Source of the DNA: Candidatus Gastranaerophilales bacterium
Lineage (GTDB): Bacteria; Cyanobacteriota; Vampirovibrionia; Gastranaerophilales; Gastranaerophilaceae
DNA: 64,000 nucleotides
Direction: 5' to 3'
Assembly: GCA_944323935.1 (NCBI GenBank)
Contig: CALUUJ010000004.1
Location: 15,062 to 79,061 of the forward strand
The notes beneath the pieces were generated by a model, which saw only the letters and a list, made by a program, of their open reading frames with translations, was not told the origin of the DNA and searched no databases. Of the stretch, positions 55,951 to 64,000 are shown piece by piece. Position numbers and translations under genes: made by a program. Within the stretch, counting starts at the first letter, position 1. Each line of letters starts with the position of its first letter.

Positions 55951-56787
55951 TTATTTCATTTTTAAGTATTTTGAATCTTTCCAAGATAAATCTATATATT
56001 TTATTTTATCAGACATCTGTTTTATTTCAGGTAAAATATAGTGAATAACTTTTATTCTATCAAAGACTGAAACATCTATTTCGCCAAGTCTCAATTTTGC
56101 AGACTCTAGTTGTGCAAAAGCATTATGTTTTATCCGTAAATCTATATATTCCAATTTTTCTCCGGAATATTCTTCAATAAGGCTTCCCAATTTATACAAA
56201 TCACTTATTTTTTCTACATCCCATTTTTCATAATCATCATTTGTACCATATGTCAATATTTTCACAACATCATATTTATCGGATAAAGGTAAATATTCTC
56301 TCCCAATTAATTCCCCGGTTATTGAAAGAGCAGCTACTGCCGGTGCTTCTTCAGACGGTGATATTACTATTACGGGAGTAACTTCTTCTAACATAACAAC
56401 AAATCTTGCAGGTAACCAAAATCTTCTTACGTATGCTCTTTTTACAGGAGATAATTGCTCTATTTGGTTAGCTATTTCTGCCGGATTTACTTGATATATT
56501 GGCTTCTTTTCTATTGGAAATTTTTTCATTTCCTCTATTACTTTTTTTTCGGATACTATATCATTTCCTATAATTTCAAGCTGTTTCCCAATTCCTTTTT
56601 CATATAAATCATTTGGCAAAAACCAATAATGGCAAATAGCTAATCTGTATGTTGCATAAAAAATAAAAAGAATAAATGAAAATCTCACAAACTTATATAT
56701 TCTTCTTATTGCAATTTCACCACGACGCGCTTTTCTTCGCAGTTTCTGTTGTTTTATTCTTCTCTGTACAACATATTCATCTGACAT
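55951..56787 (-). CDS. ftsQ: Cell division protein FtsQ/DivIB
   Basis: Has a basic cytoplasmic N-terminus, a single TM helix (FSFILFIFYATYRL), then a POTRA-like domain. It sits immediately after ddl. Confidence 0.7.
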   Translation of the reverse strand: MSDEYVVQRRIKQQKLRRKARRGEIAIRRIYKFVRFSFILFIFYATYRLAICHYWFLPNDLYEKGIGKQLEIIGNDIVSEKKVIEEMKKFPIEKKPIYQVNPAEIANQIEQLSPVKRAYVRRFWLPARFVVMLEEVTPVIVISPSEEAPAVAALSITGELIGREYLPLSDKYDVVKILTYGTNDDYEKWDVEKISDLYKLGSLIEEYSGEKLEYIDLRIKHNAFAQLESAKLRLGEIDVSVFDRIKVIHYILPEIKQMSDKIKYIDLSWKDSKYLKMK

Positions 56788-57734
56788 TATCTGTTTAGCC
56801 CTGCATTATTTAATATCATTAATACTAAATTATCATAAGTAATACCCATTACAGCTGCTTGGGCAGGTAAATCGCTTGTATCTGTCATTCCCGGACTTGT
56901 GTTAATTTCTAATATGTATGGAATTCCATCTGAAATTAAAAAATCAACTCTGCTCACACCACTGCAATTACATGCTTTATATGCCTCTATAGCCTTTTCT
57001 TTTACAGATTTTGTCATTTCTGCAGATAATTCGGCGGGGAGAATAAACTCTGTCATTCCCTTTGTATATTTCGCTTCATAATCATACCATTCATTCTTTG
57101 GTCTTAATTCAAGTATTTCTGTTGCAAAAGTTTCCCCATTATTATCCAAGACGCCAACAGTCGCACAAACTCCAACTAAATATTCCTCTATTAAAATATC
57201 TTGATTGCATTGTGAAGATTTTTTATATAATTCTTCTAGTTCCTCCGGTTTATTTACTTTATACATACCAATACTGGAACCTTCACATACAGGTTTAAGC
57301 ATCAGAGGATATTTTAAGTCTTTTATTGCATCTTTTACTTCTTCACCTTTTCTAACAAATACTGAATTTATTAATGGTAAACCATATTTTCTTAAAACTG
57401 TTTTTGTATACTCTTTATTTATGCACGTTGCACTTGCAAATACTCCACAGCCAGTATATTCAATTCCTAATAATTCTAATGCACCTTGTATACAACCATC
57501 TTCTCCATATTTTCCATGCAATGCATTATACGCAACGTCAATACCTTTATCTATTAATGTTTTTCCTATATTCTTATCAACATCTATGAGTTCTGCATTT
57601 TTATAACCAAGTCTTTTTAATGCTTCATATACATTTCTGCCTGAACGAAGTGAAATTTCTCTTTCACTTGAAAATCCTCCGCACAGTACTGCTATTTTTG
57701 TGTCATTTGAATATTTCCTGTAATTATTTCCCAT
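56787..57734 (-). CDS. ddl: D-alanine--D-alanine ligase
   Basis: Has IAVLCGGFSSEREISLRSG, HGKYGEDGCIQGALELLGI, an ATP-grasp core and EINTSPGMT. It overlaps the murB 3' end by 43 nt, and no alternative in-frame ATG is available. Confidence 0.9.
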   Translation of the reverse strand: MGNNYRKYSNDTKIAVLCGGFSSEREISLRSGRNVYEALKRLGYKNAELIDVDKNIGKTLIDKGIDVAYNALHGKYGEDGCIQGALELLGIEYTGCGVFASATCINKEYTKTVLRKYGLPLINSVFVRKGEEVKDAIKDLKYPLMLKPVCEGSSIGMYKVNKPEELEELYKKSSQCNQDILIEEYLVGVCATVGVLDNNGETFATEILELRPKNEWYDYEAKYTKGMTEFILPAELSAEMTKSVKEKAIEAYKACNCSGVSRVDFLISDGIPYILEINTSPGMTDTSDLPAQAAVMGITYDNLVLMILNNAGLNR

Positions 57735-58612
57735 AATTTATACTCTTTCGTTCCCTTATCACCTATATATTTTATTTCAGGTTTTAATTCTATTGTATAT
57801 TTTTCTTTGACATTTGAATACATTTTGTACATTAAAGATAATACATCTTCTGCAGTTGCATTATCATAATTCAAGATAAAATTGGCATGATTTTCAAAAA
57901 TTTTTGCACCACCTGATTTTTCACCTTTCATTTTACATAAATCTAAAAGTCTTCCGGCAGAATCATTCTCGGGATTTTTAAATATACTCCCTGCATTACC
58001 ATACATTAGCGATGGTTGATGTTTTTTTCTGAATTCCATATTTCTGGTCATTAGTTCTTCTATTTGTTCAGATGTACCATCTTTCAATTCAAATTCTGCA
58101 TCTAGCACTATGTAATTTGAATTTAATATCTTAGACTTTCTATATGAAAATTCCATAAACTCTTTATTGAATGTTAATATTTCTTTTTTTGCCAAATCAA
58201 ATACTCTTGCTGAAATAAATGTATCTGATATAGATTGGTTATGTGCGGAGGCATTCATACATATCATTCCGCCAAAACTGCCGGGAAAACCAATTAAAAA
58301 TTCAAAACCGCTCAAACATCTGTTCTTACACTCTTTTGAGACAACCGGTCCTCTGGCTCCGCATTCTACATATAACTTTTTTCTTTCAAAATTAAATTTA
58401 TTTATATTTTTAGTTATAATTATTTTTTTATTTATATCTTTGGAACTGAATAACACATTAGAACAATTACCCAAAATATATTCATATTCATCTTTATTGA
58501 GCAATTCTATAAGCTCATCAACAGACTTCGGAAAAGCAACCTTTTTAACTTTACCGCCTATTCGAAATGTTGATTCATTTTTTATTTCGTAATTTTCAAA
58601 TATTTCAACCAC
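57692..58612 (-). CDS. murB: UDP-N-acetylenolpyruvoylglucosamine reductase
   Basis: Has an FAD-binding N-terminal region (FRIGGKVK..., LGNCSNVLF), GFEFLIGFPGSFGGMICMNA and AGSIFKNP. Confidence 0.88.
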   Translation of the reverse strand: MVEIFENYEIKNESTFRIGGKVKKVAFPKSVDELIELLNKDEYEYILGNCSNVLFSSKDINKKIIITKNINKFNFERKKLYVECGARGPVVSKECKNRCLSGFEFLIGFPGSFGGMICMNASAHNQSISDTFISARVFDLAKKEILTFNKEFMEFSYRKSKILNSNYIVLDAEFELKDGTSEQIEELMTRNMEFRKKHQPSLMYGNAGSIFKNPENDSAGRLLDLCKMKGEKSGGAKIFENHANFILNYDNATAEDVLSLMYKMYSNVKEKYTIELKPEIKYIGDKGTKEYKLWEIITGNIQMTQK

Positions 58613-60022
58613 TTATTTTGCCTTTTTATAACATTCGTCTAAAAGACTTCCGAGTTTTGTTATTGTTCCTGCTCCGAGAGTAATTACTATATCATTTTCT
58701 TTTAACTCTTGAATTACTTTATTTGATATATCTTCAACAGAACCTGAAATATATGTACAATCCTTATGCCCTAGTTCTTTTACAAAGAGTTCTGATGTAA
58801 CTCCTTCAATTTTTTCTTCCCCGGCCGAATACACATCTGTAACAATCAATTTATCAGCATCATCAAATGCTTTTTTAAATTCGTTCCACAAGCTTTGAAG
58901 TCTTGAATATCTGTGTGGTTGGAAAATCGCAACAATTCTTTGATTTTCTTTTTTACCTTTTTTTGCACTTTCAAGTGTTGTTTTTATTTCGCTTGGGTGG
59001 TGTGCGTAATCATCATATACTGTTATATCATTAAATTCTGCAACTTTTTGAAAACGTCTGCCCATTCCTGTAAAGCTATAAAAGTATTTACTTATTTCTT
59101 TTACATTAACTTTTGCTGTTTTTAATGAAACATATACCGCTAATGCATTATATACATTGTGTACTCCCGGAACTGATAATTTTATAGTATCAATTTTATT
59201 TTCGGCATTGTATATATCAAATTCTGAGCCAAATCCATTATATTTTATATTTTTTGCGATGTAATCAGCAGATTCTAATCCAAAAGTTATATAATTATAT
59301 TTTGGATATAGTTTCATGAACTTTTTATTACCATCATTATCATTATTAATTATTACTATTTGATTTGGATTATTTGAAAGGTATTTATCAAATGTTTTTG
59401 CAATATCTTCAAATCCATTTTTATAGTAGTCAAGATGATCTTCTTCCATATTATTTATTACAGCAATATCGGTTGAATATTTTTGTATTGTACCATCAGA
59501 CTCATCTAACTCTGCAATAAAGTATTTATTACCGGCATATGTTCCATTTGTTTTAATATCAGGAATTATCCCGCCAACAACATATGACGGATTTAAACCA
59601 GCTTTTGATAATATATATGAAGCTAAACCGCTTGTAGTTGTTTTACCATGAGAACCTGAGTAGCCTATAAAATAAGAATTTTCTCTTGATGCGAACTCAT
59701 CAGATATCATTTTTAATATGTCTGAACGATGATAAATATTTAATCCAAGTTCTTTTGATTTTACAATTTCAACATTTGATGGTTTAATTGCGCTACTTGC
59801 AACTACTATCATATTTTTTTTTATTAAATTCGGATTATGTCCAATAGTAACTTTTACACCTTTATCTTGAATCAAATGAGTATATTTACTTTCTTGAACA
59901 TCCGAACCTGTAACTTCGGCTCCTCTTTCAACCAGATATTTCGCCAAAGCACTCATTCCAACTCCACCTATTGCAACAAAATGAAAACATTTATTTTCAA
60001 TATCCATGAATATATCTTTCAA
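58613..60022 (-). CDS. murC: UDP-N-acetylmuramate--L-alanine ligase
   Basis: Has HFVAIGGVGMSALA, GSHGKTTTSGL and DDYAHHPSEI. The start is ambiguous: TTG at 60022 or ATG at 60007. Confidence 0.9.
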   Translation of the reverse strand: MKDIFMDIENKCFHFVAIGGVGMSALAKYLVERGAEVTGSDVQESKYTHLIQDKGVKVTIGHNPNLIKKNMIVVASSAIKPSNVEIVKSKELGLNIYHRSDILKMISDEFASRENSYFIGYSGSHGKTTTSGLASYILSKAGLNPSYVVGGIIPDIKTNGTYAGNKYFIAELDESDGTIQKYSTDIAVINNMEEDHLDYYKNGFEDIAKTFDKYLSNNPNQIVIINNDNDGNKKFMKLYPKYNYITFGLESADYIAKNIKYNGFGSEFDIYNAENKIDTIKLSVPGVHNVYNALAVYVSLKTAKVNVKEISKYFYSFTGMGRRFQKVAEFNDITVYDDYAHHPSEIKTTLESAKKGKKENQRIVAIFQPHRYSRLQSLWNEFKKAFDDADKLIVTDVYSAGEEKIEGVTSELFVKELGHKDCTYISGSVEDISNKVIQELKENDIVITLGAGTITKLGSLLDECYKKAK

Positions 60023-60082
60023 CTAATCTACTTATTCTATATTTTATTATAAAAATAAATCATAAAAAGCATATTCTATATG

Positions 60083-60748
60083 TTATTTTTTTTCTTTTTC
60101 CATCTGCCTTTTATATTCAAGCCTGTTTATTCTAACCTGCTCATCCTGAATAGTTCTGTTAATTTCTCTCTTAACTATATCTTTAATACAAATATCAAAA
60201 TCTTTTGGATAATATGTTTTGCACATATTATATCCGCTTTGAAAATTATATCTTCTTAAATACCAATATTCATATAAAGGTACTATTTCATTCTTATATC
60301 TCGGGCTCACACTTGAAGTTATATTTTCAGGAAGTGGAGAAGTATATGCCATATTTATTGGTACTATTTGTTTCCAATATATATCAAAAACTTTATCTTC
60401 AATCTCTTTTTCATAACAACATTTTCGTCTTACATCATATGTGTATTTTTTTCCATTATACTTTGTGACTAATGTAACTATTGTACCTTCTCTTCCACTA
60501 AGCAAATTATATATTTGATCTTCATATAGGTATTTTGTTTTCTTTTTGTCTATAGAAACTATTTCACTGCCAAGTGGAATTTTTCTTTCTTGCGTAGGCG
60601 AACCAGGTAAAAACTCTTGTATAAAAGTTTTATTATTTATATGATCTTTAAATAATTTGATACCTATTCCGCAAGTATTATAAGCACTAGAAGATATTCC
60701 TGTAATATAGATTATAAATGCAATTAATAAAACTAATTTTTTTATCAT
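60083..60748 (-). CDS. Hypothetical exported protein, possible PDZ-like segment
   Basis: Has an N-terminal signal-like helix (MIKKLVLLIAFIIYITGISSSA). The start at ATG 60748 has a GAGGAG SD 6 nt upstream. FLPGSPTQERKIPLGSEIVSID is weakly PDZ-like. Confidence 0.5.
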   Translation of the reverse strand: MIKKLVLLIAFIIYITGISSSAYNTCGIGIKLFKDHINNKTFIQEFLPGSPTQERKIPLGSEIVSIDKKKTKYLYEDQIYNLLSGREGTIVTLVTKYNGKKYTYDVRRKCCYEKEIEDKVFDIYWKQIVPINMAYTSPLPENITSSVSPRYKNEIVPLYEYWYLRRYNFQSGYNMCKTYYPKDFDICIKDIVKREINRTIQDEQVRINRLEYKRQMEKEKK

Positions 60749-60901
60749 AAATTTCTCCTCAGTTACAATTATAATTGTATTTATCTCTTTATACAAATTA
60801 TAACATTTTGTTTTAATTAATATTTTTCAATTTGTTAAATGGTTGAATTATTCTTTAAATAATTGTACAATTAGGGCACTTTAGTATGATAAGAGGTATT
60901 T

Positions 60902-62233
60902 ATGAAATTACATGTTCAAACTTTATTTGTTGCTATAGGATTAGGCATAAAACGTAATTGGCATATATTCATTGCTATTATAGCCGGTATTTTATTTGGC
61001 AATTTTATCCACGAAAATCCGACAATATTTACACCACTGGTTAAAATACTTAATATAGTCGGTCAAGCTTTTATAAGAATTATTCAAATGGTTGTTATTC
61101 CGCTTGTTTGTAGTGCTATTGTTGTTGGCATATCTAGTATCGGTGACAGCAAACAAATTGGTAAATTCGGAAAGAAAATGATTCTATATTATGGATTAAT
61201 TACCGTTCTTGCTGTTATTATTGGTGCAGTTTTAGTAATGGTATTTAAACCCGGTGTTGGCGTTCAAGAATATATTAGTCAGACCTCTGCAGCTGAAATT
61301 CAAAATCAGGTTAATAGTGTAATTGCACAACAAAAAGGACAAATCGGTAATTTATTTCTTAACATGATTCCGCAAAATCCTTTAGAGTCACTTGCAAAAG
61401 GTGAAATGATTCCAATTATTTTCTTTGCATTAATTTTCTCATTAGCTTTATCTAAAGTCGGAGAAATAAATAGACCCATAGTTTCATTCTTTGAGTCTGT
61501 ATTCGCTGCTACTATGAAAATTACAGATTGGATTATGATATTTGCGGCGCCCGGTATATTTGCATTAACAACTGTTGCTGTTTCTTCTTTCGGATTAAGC
61601 ATTTTCTCTACTATATCAAAATTCTTTGCTGTAGTTTTTCTGGGCTTTTGTATTCAGTTCTTTATCGTATACCCTTTAATATTAAGGTTATTCAGCAAAG
61701 TTCCATTTAGTACCTTCTACACGGCAATTATTGAAGCTTTGCTTGTTGCTTTTGGTACAGCAAGCAGTAGTGCTACATTACCTTTAACAATTGCTTGTTG
61801 TGAAAAAAGGGGAATATCTCATAAAGTTTGCAGCTTTGTTCTTCCTTTAGGCGCTACTTTAAACATGGATGGAACAGCCTTATTTCAAACTGTTGCGGTT
61901 ATATTCTTAACACAAGCTTATGGAGTTACATTGGAGCCAATACAAATCATTCAAATTATGATTTTGGCAATAATAGCCTCCAGTACTTGTGCAGGTATTC
62001 CGGGTGCAGGTTTAATTACTATTGCACTTGTATTAAACGGTTTAGGTTTAACACCTCAACAACTTGTAGAAGGTTTTGCTTTCTTATTTGCAATCGACCG
62101 TGTTGTTGATATGATTAGAACAACTGTAAATGTTGCAAGTGATGCCGTTGTCGCTGCTGTTATTGCAGATAATGAAAATGAAATTGATTATGATCTGTTA
62201 AATAATACAGAACAATATAAAGAAATCATTTAA
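60902..62233 (+). CDS. Dicarboxylate/amino acid:cation (Na+/H+) symporter, DAACS family
   Basis: Has the GltP/SstT-like topology and motifs (SSATLPLT, GATLNMDGTALFQ, AIDRVVDMIRTTVNVASDAV). Confidence 0.85.
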   Translation: MKLHVQTLFVAIGLGIKRNWHIFIAIIAGILFGNFIHENPTIFTPLVKILNIVGQAFIRIIQMVVIPLVCSAIVVGISSIGDSKQIGKFGKKMILYYGLITVLAVIIGAVLVMVFKPGVGVQEYISQTSAAEIQNQVNSVIAQQKGQIGNLFLNMIPQNPLESLAKGEMIPIIFFALIFSLALSKVGEINRPIVSFFESVFAATMKITDWIMIFAAPGIFALTTVAVSSFGLSIFSTISKFFAVVFLGFCIQFFIVYPLILRLFSKVPFSTFYTAIIEALLVAFGTASSSATLPLTIACCEKRGISHKVCSFVLPLGATLNMDGTALFQTVAVIFLTQAYGVTLEPIQIIQIMILAIIASSTCAGIPGAGLITIALVLNGLGLTPQQLVEGFAFLFAIDRVVDMIRTTVNVASDAVVAAVIADNENEIDYDLLNNTEQYKEII

Positions 62234-62257
62234 TTGATTTCTTTATATTTTAAAAAG

Positions 62258-62288
62258 AAAAGCTCCCAAATGGGAGCTTATTTTTTTA
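62258..62288. terminator. Bidirectional intrinsic terminator between convergent genes
   Basis: Has stem agctccc (62261-62267) with gggagct (62272-62278) and a 4-nt loop. It is flanked by an A-rich run upstream and a T-run downstream. Confidence 0.7.
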
Positions 62289-62298
62289 TCTATTTAAA

Positions 62299-62517
62299 TT
62301 AATCTACCAAAACTTGTTGAATTTCAACATTTGGCTTTCCCAATACTCTCACAAGTTCTAACACAGACGCCTTCATTTGACAACGTTGTGATGTCCCATT
62401 AAAAAAGTCTGTGTAAAAACAACCTTCACAAACACAACCCCTTTTGTAACATTCTAAAGCCGTGTTTGTCCATCTTCTAACTGCGATGGATCTACCCATA
62501 TCTCTGCTTCTTAGCAC
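62299..62517 (-). CDS. Small Cys-rich protein (72 aa), unknown family
   Basis: Has a GTG start with a strong AAGGAGG SD (62527-62533) and five Cys in a 25-residue span (CYKRGCVCEGC...C), possibly binding Zn or Fe-S. The C-terminal part is helical (VLELVRVLG). Confidence 0.6.
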   Translation of the reverse strand: MLRSRDMGRSIAVRRWTNTALECYKRGCVCEGCFYTDFFNGTSQRCQMKASVLELVRVLGKPNVEIQQVLVD

Positions 62518-62755
62518 TAGATTTTCCTCCTTGAAATAATCCCCAATGATTTAGCAATGTAGTATTCTGTTAGCATGTACATTCCCTAATATCTAATAAT
62601 ATTATTATATATATTTAGATATCTATTTCAAGAAAACTATACTCAATTATTACGTTATGATACAAAAATTAATAATATAAGAGATTGTGTATTATATTTA
62701 TTTGTTGAATAACAAATTTTTCTTTTTTTTTAATTACTTAATATTAGGAGAAATT

Positions 62756-64000
62756 ATGAAAATAATCAGCAACAATGAATATTATGTTTTTAATTCTAAT
62801 ATAAGAAAAGATAAAATAACAAATCAAAATTCTAAAAATAATTCTATAAACTTCAAAAATTATAGTTCCAATAATACAAGTTATTTAAGTTTTAAAGGCT
62901 CTCAAAGGGTTCCTTTTACAGATGAAGATTATAATAATGCAAAAAAAAATATTCCATCATTAATTCTAGAAGCAAAGAAGAAAAAACCTGGCCATAACTA
63001 CTTTAATTTATATGAGTTAGATAATTTAGAAAAAATCAATGGCATACAAAAAGGAATTAAAGTTTTTGACGGCTTAACTATTAACGAAATAGCATTTATA
63101 TTAAAATCGCCTAAGGTTTTACTTAACAGGTGTTGTCCAAATAACTGTATTCACTGTGCATATATGGCAACTCCAAGTTCAGATAAAACATTAGATAAAA
63201 TATCCTATGAAGATTTTGTAAGTCTAATTGATGGGATTTCTGAATTACAAAATAGAGTCGGAGAAAATATTATAATTGCAGACTCTATTGGTACTTTTTT
63301 CGATTCAGATTGCATGGAAATTGAATTAAAAGATAGAAACGGAAATGTTTATGATTACATTGACTGTATTGAACTATTAAATTCTAAAAAGCTTGCACCA
63401 CCAATTTTTGACACATCAGGTTGGAATCCAAAATCGAAGAAACACCAAAAAAGAGCAGAAAAATTTGTTGAATACTTACAAAAACCTCAAAATTCGAAAA
63501 AAATCAGTCAACTTAACATATCAATTAATCCATTTCACATAATTTTTGCAAAAGCAATGGAATTAAAATCAAAATTCAGATTCATTAAAGCTAAAAAGAT
63601 GGAAGAAAATTATGTTGATAGAATGGCAAATATGCTTTTCACTTTTACACCATTACAAGATACTGATGTTCATTGGGGTGTACTTGCAAGAGCAATTCCT
63701 GAGAATAAAACAAAAACAAAATATAACTACAATGCTCTATATAGACTTCAAATAAAAATCATTGATGCCTTAGCTAAACGCTATAAACAAGATTTAATGG
63801 GAGAAAATAAGTTTATTAAAAATAGCAATGACTTAAACAGATATCTTGAATTTTATAAGAGAATAATAATGGGGACAGAAGAATACCCGTCAATTGATCC
63901 AATTGGAAGAGCAGAATCCCTTTTTAATGATAGTGAAATAGAAAATCCTTTAGAAGAAAGAAAAAAATCTATGATAAAGGGTTTGGATAATGATAATATA
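62756..64000 (+). CDS. Radical-SAM-like protein with ~125-aa polar N-terminal extension (3' end outside window)
   Basis: Is an open frame of 415 codons from ATG 62756 (TAGGAG SD 5 nt upstream) to the window edge. It is not in the supplied ORF track because it has no stop. It contains CCPNNCIHCAY (CxxxCxxC). It is not alignable by eye with paralogs P1-P4. Confidence 0.65.
   Translation, partial: MKIISNNEYYVFNSNIRKDKITNQNSKNNSINFKNYSSNNTSYLSFKGSQRVPFTDEDYNNAKKNIPSLILEAKKKKPGHNYFNLYELDNLEKINGIQKGIKVFDGLTINEIAFILKSPKVLLNRCCPNNCIHCAYMATPSSDKTLDKISYEDFVSLIDGISELQNRVGENIIIADSIGTFFDSDCMEIELKDRNGNVYDYIDCIELLNSKKLAPPIFDTSGWNPKSKKHQKRAEKFVEYLQKPQNSKKISQLNISINPFHIIFAKAMELKSKFRFIKAKKMEENYVDRMANMLFTFTPLQDTDVHWGVLARAIPENKTKTKYNYNALYRLQIKIIDALAKRYKQDLMGENKFIKNSNDLNRYLEFYKRIIMGTEEYPSIDPIGRAESLFNDSEIENPLEERKKSMIKGLDNDNI

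Noticed and set aside
1-64000. Looked for CRISPR arrays, IS elements/transposases, integrases, phage structural genes and rRNA operons.
   Set aside because: I found no regularly spaced direct repeats, no DDE/serine/tyrosine recombinase-like ORFs, no terminal inverted repeats flanking an ORF, and no rRNA-like GC-rich blocks. The only stable RNAs found are tRNA-Ser and the SRP RNA.

Overview
The window is about 30% GC, densely coded, and looks like chromosome from a low-GC diderm bacterium. TolC, an MsbA-like exporter, a porin-like barrel, GT9 and GT-C glycosyltransferases and a Tic20-like membrane protein fit a Melainabacteria/Vampirovibrionia-like or similar lineage, but taxonomy cannot be settled from sequence alone. 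Most of the window is housekeeping. This includes the pcrA 3' end, ftsEX, split transketolase, pgi, thiL, trmL, nnrD, eno, rplI, rpsE-rpmD-rplO-secY-adk-map, murC-murB-ddl-ftsQ, one tRNA-Ser(GCU) and a long SRP RNA. It is interleaved with envelope and glycan genes: an FdtA/FdtC/FdtB-type 3-acetamido-3,6-dideoxyhexose module, GT2, GT26, a GT2/GT-C pair and UXS. I found no rRNA, CRISPR array, transposase, integrase or prophage genes. The most unusual content is a lineage-specific expansion of a small radical-SAM enzyme carrying an extra N-terminal Cys-rich module. Three copies are tandem and tightly packed, running straight into a 2-hydroxyacid dehydrogenase gene (44481-48434). A fourth copy heads a same-strand block containing a membrane-anchored GT5 glycogen-synthase-like protein and two tandem TPR-GT9 fusion proteins (6306-14342). 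A fifth, unrelated radical-SAM-like ORF runs off the 3' end, divergent from a small Cys-rich protein. Other items worth follow-up are a 504-aa RelA/SpoT-fold protein with an altered catalytic motif, a Vps4/spastin-like AAA+ ATPase with an unknown N-domain next to the tRNA, a self-contained micro-ORF unit upstream of an unknown 449-aa membrane protein, and a recurrent polar N-terminal SF(K/S)G-type motif on unrelated proteins. All functional calls come from motif recognition by eye. No database search was run.
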